DNA of 32,292 nucleotides, from assembly GCA_043809585.1 (NCBI GenBank), contig JBDROZ010000039.1, forward strand, positions 138,577 to 170,868, in the 5' to 3' direction. This DNA comes from Candidatus Eiseniibacteriota bacterium. GTDB lineage: Bacteria > Orphanbacterota > Orphanbacteria > Orphanbacterales > Orphanbacteraceae. The position numbers were made by a program, and so were the translations under genes. Positions 25,386-32,292 of this stretch are shown piece after piece. Below the pieces are notes generated by a model. It was not told the origin of the DNA. It worked only from the letters and a program-made list of their open reading frames with translations, and did not search any database. The number at the start of each line of letters is the position of its first letter. The stretch's first letter is position 1.

Positions 25386-26105
25386 TTACGTCCTCATGGC
25401 GAGAGGTTGAGTGAGGGCGTCACAGCAGCGCCCGTACTTGGAGAACGATTCCCGGGTGAGACGGAGACCGAGCCCGCCGAGGGCCCGCGGAGCGTCCCAT
25501 CGATTTCCTTTCAATTCCAAAACGCCGACGCCGAGCCGGACCGGCGGGATGCCGGGAATGAGCTGCCCGTTCGCCCGGGTGCACCGGATCGCCGTGTCGA
25601 GAGCCACCCGGGTTCCCGACGCCGGATCGACGAAGCGGCGGCGATCGTAGCGGATCTCGACGACCGGCACGAGCGGGCCGGGGGCCCGGAAGGAGAGCTC
25701 CGGGAGACGAGCGGTAAGACCCGCGACCGCCGGGTGGTGGAGAGGATCGGTCCGGAGCGCCTCGTCCGGAAGCCGGAGGGCGAGCCTCTCCTTCTCGCGG
25801 AGAGCGCCGCACTTCCCTTTGACCTCGAAGAAGCAGGGGATCTCCACGGGGGCGGATGCGGGACCGGTCCCCCCTTCGTCGCCGGGATCCGCCGCGTCGT
25901 ACCACCGGAGCCGCACCTTCGCCTTGATGTAGTCGCCGTTCCGCTTCTGATAATAGAAGTCGAGCGAGGGGGTGTCGTAGTAGAGGGTCACGATCCGGCC
26001 GAAGGGGAAGCGCCGGTCCGGCAGAAGACGGCTCCCGAGCCAGGCGATCAGCCCGTCACGCTCCGCCTCCATGAAAACGTACTTGGTTTCCAGAATCCGG
26101 CTCAC
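25386..26105 (-). CDS. VTC domain (polyphosphate polymerase/CYTH-like) protein
   Basis: ExK motif (LETKY), TLYYDT, KVRLRWY, FFEVK, YDRRRF, RVALD, VLELK, FSKY; GTG 26105 with AGAGGG RBS (alternative ATG 26135). Confidence 0.88.
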   Translation of the reverse strand: MSRILETKYVFMEAERDGLIAWLGSRLLPDRRFPFGRIVTLYYDTPSLDFYYQKRNGDYIKAKVRLRWYDAADPGDEGGTGPASAPVEIPCFFEVKGKCGALREKERLALRLPDEALRTDPLHHPAVAGLTARLPELSFRAPGPLVPVVEIRYDRRRFVDPASGTRVALDTAIRCTRANGQLIPGIPPVRLGVGVLELKGNRWDAPRALGGLGLRLTRESFSKYGRCCDALTQPLAMRT

Positions 26106-26560
26106 CCGGCCCCCTCTCTTCCCTACTCCGCCCATGGCGCCCTTCGAGCCGCATACTAGCCCGGATCGGACGAAAAATCCACAGGGAGGGCGGAATGTGG
26201 AATCGGCTCGAGCGGGGTCGGCCGTCGAGGAAGCGGAAGCGGCGACACGCGCCCGACATCACGCTGCGCCTTCCCCGGTTCGCCGATGGAACGCGCCTCA
26301 CCGAGATAGCCGCGGGGGCAGGGTTGCGTTGTCCTCTTGCGATTTTCGCCTCAGAGCCCCGAAGCTCCTTGATCCACCCGGACGATCGACTTCCGGCGGC
26401 CTTTCCGCTATGGGGCATTCCTCGCCGCCGGGGAGAATCCGCACCGTCCGACCTGCCGGGGGAGCGGGCGGGCCACCGCCCAATCCCCGGACTTGGGGCA
26501 GTTCTTCACCGTGACGCGCCCCTGCCCGACCTGTCGCTGAGGATCGGTCCGGGCCTCGGA

Positions 26561-26595
26561 CGCGTAACATTCGCGTAACGGCCTTTCCCTATGAT
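26561..26595 (+). promoter_or_regulatory. 11-bp-period direct repeat (OmpR/PhoB-type box) upstream of a -10 element
   Basis: CGCGTAAC at 26561-26568 and 26572-26579; TATGAT at 26590-26595. Confidence 0.55.
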
Positions 26596-26640
26596 CGGGC
26601 GCGTTCGATCTTCCACGTCCGAACCCAAGGGAGGTGTGTG

Positions 26641-28707
26641 ATGCGTCAGAGGCTCCTCGTACAGGTTCTGTTCGCGCTCCTGGTTCCGGCGACCCACGCG
26701 GCCGCCGTCGATTTCACCTGGGTCGGCTGGGGCGGGCAGGAGTGGACCAACCCCGCCTGGGGGGGCTATTGGACCTGGGACAACCAACTCATGGAGAACG
26801 GTTGGGGGCATTCATGGATGTTCTGGGAGGACCCGGCGCCGCACTTCCCGGACATCACCTCCTCCGTACTGATCCCCGCGGGGGTCTATGTCGATACCGA
26901 GGGGGGCGGCGCACCGTATTGCGGCAGCCTGACCGTCGGGGAGGGCGCGACCCTGGACAACCAGTACGCGAACATCGTCATCGGCGGCCCCGTGCTCCAG
27001 AACGACGGGATCATCCGGCACCTCGCGGGGGGAGGCTCGGCCTCGGGATTCGAGATGTCCGGCCCCCTCTCCATCGACGGGACCGGCGAGATCCTTCTCG
27101 CCCCCGGCCGCTTCTTCACCTGGTCCCCTCCGGCGGTCCTGACGATCGGCGCCGGACAGTACATCCACGGTGAAGGGCAGTTCGGCTCCCTGCCGTACGG
27201 AAACTACCACGGCGTACAGATGACGAACCACGGGCACATCCAGGCGACCAGCACGACGATGCCCCTCGACATCTTCGGCACGGAGGTCGCGAACGACGGC
27301 TCCGTCGAGGCGACGGGCGGCGCCCTGCTCCGCGTCTGGGGCGAGTGGGACAACACGGGGGGCGAGCTCCTGGCCACGTTGGGGGGCGTCGTCTACCTCG
27401 CCATCGACCCGGCTCACCCCGCCCGCGTCCGGGGGGGCACGCTGCGCACGTCGGGCGGCGGCGAGATCCAGACCCAGGGAGGAGGCGCCCGCGTCGCGGA
27501 CCTCACCCTCGAGGGCATCCTCCACATCAGGCGATACGAGGGGGCCCACATGGCCGGGACGATCACCAACAATGGCGTGATCGACCAGGGCGCCGAGGGG
27601 GGGGCCGGCTGGGCCCCGATTCAGGTCGACAGCGCGCTCACCTTCGCCGGAAACGGCGTCCTCCGGATGGGCGCCGGGAACCAGACGCACATGTACAACT
27701 GGCCGCTCTCCAACGATCGCGTGACGAACGGCCCGGACCACACGATCGAATGCTACGGCGGCCAGTTCGGAACTTATCCCGATTACTACGGCGACCGGCG
27801 GATCGAACTGGTCAACGAGGGGACCCTGCGCGTGTTCGATTCGAGCTACGGCGCCCGCTTCTACATGACCGGCTCGGGCTTCGAGAACCGGGGGGATCTG
27901 ATCCTCGAGCCGGCGGCGAGCGTCAACGCGGAACTCTGGGGCGCCTTCCATCAGACCGCCGGCCGCTTCGTGACGAACGACGGTTTCGTCGGTCACGACA
28001 GCGCCCTCGTCTTCAGCGACGGTATCCTGACCGGGAGCGGCTACCTTCAGGGCTCGGTCTCCGTCGGAGACTCGGCCGTGGTGAATCCGGGGAGCGAGGA
28101 GGGGTGCGGGACGCTGAGCATCTACGGTCCTCTGAGTTTCGCGGGAGGCGCCACCCTCGTCGGCCAGTGGTCGCGGGACGCGCAGGATCTGCTCCGGGTG
28201 AACGGGCTCTTCTCCGCGACGGGGACCTTGAAGGTCCGTGTCGAAGCCGTCGGCGCCGGCCCGCTCCGGCCCACGGACTATGTGGTGCTCCGCGCCGACA
28301 GCCACGACGACCAGGCGACTTGGGTGGTGGAGCTCGCCGCCGGCTGGGCAAGTTCCGGCCTGCAGTGGGTGGGGAACGATCTCGTCGTCCGGAATCTCCG
28401 GAGGTCGAACGCGGTTCTCTTCGCCCCTCCCGTTCCCGCCCGGTTCCACGCGGCGCCGAATCCGTTCAACCCGAGCACGACCATCCGATTCACGAATCCG
28501 GAAGAGGGCCCGGTACGACTCTGGGTGAGCGACCTTCGGGGGCGGCGCGTGCGGACGCTCCTCGACGGATTCGAGCGGGCGGGCGAGCTCGAAGTCGCCT
28601 GGGACGGCCGGAGCGACGCCGGGCGTCCGGTCGGATCGGGCGCCTACTTCTGCGTCCTCGAGACCGGGGAGCGCCGCGAGACGATCCGTCTCACGATCAT
28701 CCGGTAA
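26641..28707 (+). CDS. Secreted Gly-rich beta-strand (passenger-like) protein with C-terminal FlgD-Ig-like domain
   Basis: GGAGGT RBS; signal peptide ending THA; repeated TNxGxI/NxGxL strands; C-terminal PNPFNPSTTIRF...GRRVRTL...WDGRSDAGRPVGSGAYF. Confidence 0.8.
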   Translation: MRQRLLVQVLFALLVPATHAAAVDFTWVGWGGQEWTNPAWGGYWTWDNQLMENGWGHSWMFWEDPAPHFPDITSSVLIPAGVYVDTEGGGAPYCGSLTVGEGATLDNQYANIVIGGPVLQNDGIIRHLAGGGSASGFEMSGPLSIDGTGEILLAPGRFFTWSPPAVLTIGAGQYIHGEGQFGSLPYGNYHGVQMTNHGHIQATSTTMPLDIFGTEVANDGSVEATGGALLRVWGEWDNTGGELLATLGGVVYLAIDPAHPARVRGGTLRTSGGGEIQTQGGGARVADLTLEGILHIRRYEGAHMAGTITNNGVIDQGAEGGAGWAPIQVDSALTFAGNGVLRMGAGNQTHMYNWPLSNDRVTNGPDHTIECYGGQFGTYPDYYGDRRIELVNEGTLRVFDSSYGARFYMTGSGFENRGDLILEPAASVNAELWGAFHQTAGRFVTNDGFVGHDSALVFSDGILTGSGYLQGSVSVGDSAVVNPGSEEGCGTLSIYGPLSFAGGATLVGQWSRDAQDLLRVNGLFSATGTLKVRVEAVGAGPLRPTDYVVLRADSHDDQATWVVELAAGWASSGLQWVGNDLVVRNLRRSNAVLFAPPVPARFHAAPNPFNPSTTIRFTNPEEGPVRLWVSDLRGRRVRTLLDGFERAGELEVAWDGRSDAGRPVGSGAYFCVLETGERRETIRLTIIR

Positions 28708-28739
28708 CCGGGTTCGGGGAGATGCGGTAAGCGTTCATC

Positions 28740-28772
28740 GGGAGCCCTCCGGCCTCGCGCCGGGGGGCTCCC
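28740..28772 (+). terminator. GC-rich hairpin after the secreted-protein gene
   Basis: GGGAGCCCTCCGGC-CTCGC-GCCGGGGGGCTCCC, 14-bp stem with one G-U; weak U tract. Confidence 0.5.
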
Positions 28773-28934
28773 TCAGTCTTCCGGAAGACCGGGGGGATCG
28801 GAGAATCGGGTATCCGGTTACTCATCTGATTGCGCGCGTGGCGGCGGCGCCGTATACTCGGCTTCGCTCGAAGCCTCCGGTTCGAACGCGTCTTTCCCGC
28901 GTCCCGGCCGGAAACCGGGCAGAGGAGGATCGTC

Positions 28935-29933
28935 ATGGCGAGGCAACCGGCGGGCGCCGCGGCCGTGGAGATGGGAAGATCGTATCAGGCGGCGTGCGTG
29001 GTCCTGGCCGCCGCCGAGCTCGACCTGTTCACGGCGCTGGCGAAGGGTCCGCTCCGGCCCGACCGGCTCGCCGACGCCATCGGCGGCGACCCGCGGGCGA
29101 CGGAGATCCTCGCCGATGCGCTCGTCGCCCTCGGACTCACAGAGAAGAAAGATGGCGCCTACGCCCTGTCCGATGAAGCGGGCGCGGCCCTCACCGAAGG
29201 GGATCCGGGGAGCGTCCTCCCGATGCTGCGCCACCAGGCGAATTGCCTCCGGAGCTGGGCGCGGCTCGCCGAGGTCGTTCGGACCGGGCGCCCCGTCGAC
29301 ACGGCCCCGAGCGTTCGGGGCGGGGGTGCCGACCACGCCGCGTTCATCGAGGCGATGGAAGTCGCGAGCCGCGAGGCGGCGCCGAAAGTCGTGGCCGCGC
29401 TCGGCCCGCCGTCGTTCAAACGCCTCCTCGATGTCGGCGGCGGACCGGCCACCTGGACCATCGCCTTCCTCCGCGCCGTTCCCGGCGGACGGGCCACACT
29501 CTTCGATCTTCCCGCGGTGATCCCGATCGCGCGGAATTGCGTGGCCGCCGCGAACCTCGCGGACCGCATCGATTTCGTCGCCGGCAGCGCCGAGGACGAC
29601 GCGCCGCTCCCGTCGGGCTTCGATCTGGCGTGGGTGAGCGCCTTCGTCCACCAGAACTCTCGAGAGGAGAACCGGCGGCTCTTCGCGAAGGTCCACGCCG
29701 CACTGGTTCCGGGCGGTTCGATTCTGATCCGCGACATCGTGATGAACGACGCGCACACGTCGCCGCCCGGCGGCGCCCTTTTCGCCGTCAACATGCTGGT
29801 CCGGACGATCGGGGGAGGCACCTACAGCCTCTCCGAACTCGCCGACGACCTTCGCACCGCGGGCTTCGGTGCCCCGGACCTTCTCCCGGGCGAGCGGGAC
29901 ATGGATCAGGTCGTCTGCGCGAGGCGTGGCTAG
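28935..29933 (+). CDS. SAM-dependent O-methyltransferase (Methyltransf_2 with dimerisation domain)
   Basis: AAAELDLF...L dimerisation region, LLDVGGGPA, TLFDLP, ALVPGG.ILI.D; GAGGAGG RBS. Confidence 0.9.
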   Translation: MARQPAGAAAVEMGRSYQAACVVLAAAELDLFTALAKGPLRPDRLADAIGGDPRATEILADALVALGLTEKKDGAYALSDEAGAALTEGDPGSVLPMLRHQANCLRSWARLAEVVRTGRPVDTAPSVRGGGADHAAFIEAMEVASREAAPKVVAALGPPSFKRLLDVGGGPATWTIAFLRAVPGGRATLFDLPAVIPIARNCVAAANLADRIDFVAGSAEDDAPLPSGFDLAWVSAFVHQNSREENRRLFAKVHAALVPGGSILIRDIVMNDAHTSPPGGALFAVNMLVRTIGGGTYSLSELADDLRTAGFGAPDLLPGERDMDQVVCARRG

Positions 29934-29940
29934 CCGCCCG

Positions 29941-29987
29941 TCCCGCAGACGGCGTCGTGAGGACCGTCACGAGATGCCGTGTCGGGA
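29941..29987. terminator. Imperfect hairpin between convergent genes
   Basis: TCCCG..ACGGCGTCGTGA-loop-TCACGAGATGCCGT..CGGGA. Confidence 0.4.
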
Positions 29988-30049
29988 AGGAATCAGACGA
30001 CCTCGGGACTGCCCATTCGAGGCGCTCGAGTCCATGAGGGGGAGGGTGG

Positions 30050-31939
30050 TCAATGAACCACCACGATTCTCTTCGTCTGACGTAGAGAACCGGTCTCCAT
30101 ACGGCAGAAGTAGACGCCGGGTCCGGCGGAACGCCCCCCGGTGTCTTTACCGTCCCAGAGAATCTCATGTTCACCCGCGCGCTCGAATACTCCATCGACG
30201 AGCACCCGCACCAGTCGTCCCGACACGTCGAAGATCCGCATGGTCACCCGCTCCGGCGCCGGCAACGCATATCCGATGGTCGTAGCGCCGCGGGCCGGAT
30301 TCGGATAGCTCGAGCCGGTGGGATCCCTCTTGACCACGGGCAGTGCTTCCCCCACCTCAGTGTCAATCCCCTCGGCCGCGTCGAAATAGACGTCGTAGGT
30401 CGGGTTCCGGTAATCGGTCCAGGCGATTCCCGCCTCAAGATCACTCGGAAGCGTAGGGTTCACCTCGATCGTCGGCCGCGAGTAGATGGCGCTGGCCCAG
30501 TTGCCCTCATTCACGGGCTCGAGAATGGTCCAGTAGCCCGGCGCCAGGGAGTGATATTCCGTCCCCCCGTAGACGACGTCATACTCGTGCCAGAAAGCTG
30601 CGTGGACCATCCCCCGGTAAAAGCTCGTGGTCAAGTCCACGCTGTGCTCGTCGTCCTCCGTGCAGGCCAGGCAGTAATAGGTACCCCACGAGGCGCCGCC
30701 GTTCTGTGAGAATCTGTACAAGACGTCGTCATCCGTACCCCAATCCCTGGTCAGGCCGACCATGACCGTGCCGATGGTATCGCTCTTCACAGCGGCCACC
30801 CGGGGATCGAACTCATCCATGTCGGAGGTCGTGAGTCTCACCTCCGAGCCCCAACTGCCCCCATAGTTCGTACTGCTCCGGATGAAGACATCACGATTCG
30901 GGCCCGCGCAGCCCGGCGGGAAGTCGTCATAGACCACGTGGAGGGTCGCCCTGCCGAAGTCGATATCAGGGTGAGCATCCGCCGCCTGATGGAACAACTC
31001 GCAGTAGTTGTCGATGCTCGTGGGCGCGGTCCAGCTCGCGCCGTAGTTGAGGGTCCGGCTGAACCGCAGCATCCACATATCCTGGCGCAGTCCCAGCCAG
31101 CCGGCGTTCCACACGAGGTAGCCGTACCAGACGGAGTACTCATTGGTGTCGGTGACTATGCGCGGGTGTGACACACCGAGGACGTCGTCCTCGACCGTCA
31201 TCAAGTTGGAGACGCTCGGATCGCTCAGGCTGAACCTCCAGACCTTGATGCGTGTGCCGCCCTCGACATAGGTGAGAAGCAGCCAGTCCTCGTTTCCTTC
31301 CCCGATGGCGATGGAGGGGTTGGTGAAATCGTTGACATGCCCGGGGGACCAGAGACCGACCCACAGGTACCAGGTCTGGCCGTTGTCCGTGGAGCGCCGG
31401 ATCCAGATGTAGGTCCACGTATCACCCAGAACCTCGATCGCCGCGTACCGATTGCCCGCATCGTCCGTGGCCATGGAAGGGTTGCCCTCATCATAGCTCG
31501 TATCACCCAGGACAACGACATCGTCCGTCCAGCGCTCCGTGAGTCCCGATTCTTCTCCACCCAGCAAGACGACCGTGCCTGAGATGTCCTCCGCCTGTCC
31601 GGCGATGAACTCCGGAGCAAGACCCCGGAGCGCGGCGAGTTCCCCTTCGAGACGCCGGACGACGGCTTCGTCCCCCCTTCTCCTGGCGTCGCCCAGCTCG
31701 CTTACGAGTGCGGCCTCTTCATCGGTGAGAACAGGCACACTCCCCACGATCACCTCCTCGCCGCCGAGATCACGCCGGTCCTCTCCCGGAGACACAAAGC
31801 GATGTTCCCCGGAAGTCGCCCTGAGCTCCCGCTCCATCCCCATCGTCTCATCAGCCGAGGATGCGGCGCCGGGGACCACCATCGCCGTTCCGATAGCAAC
31901 AAAGGCCGGAATCCATAGTAGGACTCTCATGACACCCAT
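30050..31939 (-). CDS. Secreted Asp-box (BNR) beta-propeller protein with C-terminal FlgD-Ig-like domain
   Basis: Asp boxes RSTDNGQTW, RTLNYGASW, SSTNYGGSW, FSQNGGASW; signal peptide; C-terminal YPNP...IFDVSGRLVRVL...WDGKDTGG...GVYF; GGAGGAAGG RBS. Confidence 0.85.
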   Translation of the reverse strand: MGVMRVLLWIPAFVAIGTAMVVPGAASSADETMGMERELRATSGEHRFVSPGEDRRDLGGEEVIVGSVPVLTDEEAALVSELGDARRRGDEAVVRRLEGELAALRGLAPEFIAGQAEDISGTVVLLGGEESGLTERWTDDVVVLGDTSYDEGNPSMATDDAGNRYAAIEVLGDTWTYIWIRRSTDNGQTWYLWVGLWSPGHVNDFTNPSIAIGEGNEDWLLLTYVEGGTRIKVWRFSLSDPSVSNLMTVEDDVLGVSHPRIVTDTNEYSVWYGYLVWNAGWLGLRQDMWMLRFSRTLNYGASWTAPTSIDNYCELFHQAADAHPDIDFGRATLHVVYDDFPPGCAGPNRDVFIRSSTNYGGSWGSEVRLTTSDMDEFDPRVAAVKSDTIGTVMVGLTRDWGTDDDVLYRFSQNGGASWGTYYCLACTEDDEHSVDLTTSFYRGMVHAAFWHEYDVVYGGTEYHSLAPGYWTILEPVNEGNWASAIYSRPTIEVNPTLPSDLEAGIAWTDYRNPTYDVYFDAAEGIDTEVGEALPVVKRDPTGSSYPNPARGATTIGYALPAPERVTMRIFDVSGRLVRVLVDGVFERAGEHEILWDGKDTGGRSAGPGVYFCRMETGSLRQTKRIVVVH

Positions 31940-32040
31940 CCTTTCCTTCCTCCAGCAGGAGTTCACCAATCGACCGCCACAGAACGGCCCCGGGAAGCCC
32001 AGGGGAGCCCGACCATACTCTTCAGTCTCGATAGTCAGAC

Positions 32041-32069
32041 ATTATACAATAAGAGATTGCTTCATTCAA
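32041..32069 (-). promoter_or_regulatory. Near-consensus sigma70 promoter for the Asp-box gene
   Basis: Minus strand TTGAAT (32069-32064), 17 bp, TATAAT (32046-32041). Confidence 0.7.
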
Positions 32070-32215
32070 TAGGCGATTGAAGACCGCGCCGGCGACTTAT
32101 GCTCTCGGGTGTGTACGTCATCAGCGGAAGCGGGACTCTTCCGTCCCGATCCTAACCTTGATCTTTCATAAAATCTCGGCTCAAAACGCTGACGCTCGCA
32201 TGATAGCACGCCATC

Positions 32216-32292
32216 TGCGACAGTGCTCGCATTCACCAATGCTCACATATCGTTGGATATGCTCTGCTTGGTGAATGCTGCGCGCTGCCGCA
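32216..32292. other. Long imperfect inverted repeat reaching the window edge
   Basis: GCATTCACCAA (32229-32239) / TTGGTGAATGC (32268-32278); inner CATATC-GTTG-GATATG; outer TGCGACAGTGC / GCGCTGCCGCA. Confidence 0.7.

Noticed and set aside
26156-26350. Possible degenerate further copy of the 180-nt hairpin family (CTAG start, CGAAAAATC/GATTTTCG, GAGGAAGCGG..GCGAC)
   Set aside because: No continuous fold-back and no apical CCGRAG-stem-TGAGGA core could be traced.

Overview
High-GC bacterial genomic window with about 24 protein-coding genes, mostly on the minus strand. The two secreted proteins ending in an FlgD-Ig-like domain suggest an FCB-associated lineage such as Eisenbacteria, Latescibacterota or Krumholzibacteriota (inference only). 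In order the genes encode: an S9 peptidase lipoprotein, a GT2 glycosyltransferase, an ECF sigma/anti-sigma pair, a thioredoxin-fold/TPR protein, a DinB protein, two tandem divergent MotA/TolQ/ExbB-like proteins, an octaheme cytochrome c + NrfC-like + NrfD-like module with a large upstream membrane protein, RarA, an amidohydrolase, TlpA, GalE, an ExeA-like ATPase fused to an excisionase-type HTH, carbamate kinase, a ComEA-like HhH protein, a VTC/DUF4956/CotH operon, a secreted beta-rich protein, an O-methyltransferase and an Asp-box propeller protein. No rRNA, tRNA, CRISPR array or transposase was seen. The most striking non-coding signal is a family of ~180-nt rod-like hairpin elements (3 full copies, 1 partial). 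They share a covarying inner core but have unrelated terminal stems, and every copy overlaps the TAG stop codon of a gene transcribed towards it. All calls come from motif recognition by eye; no searches were run.
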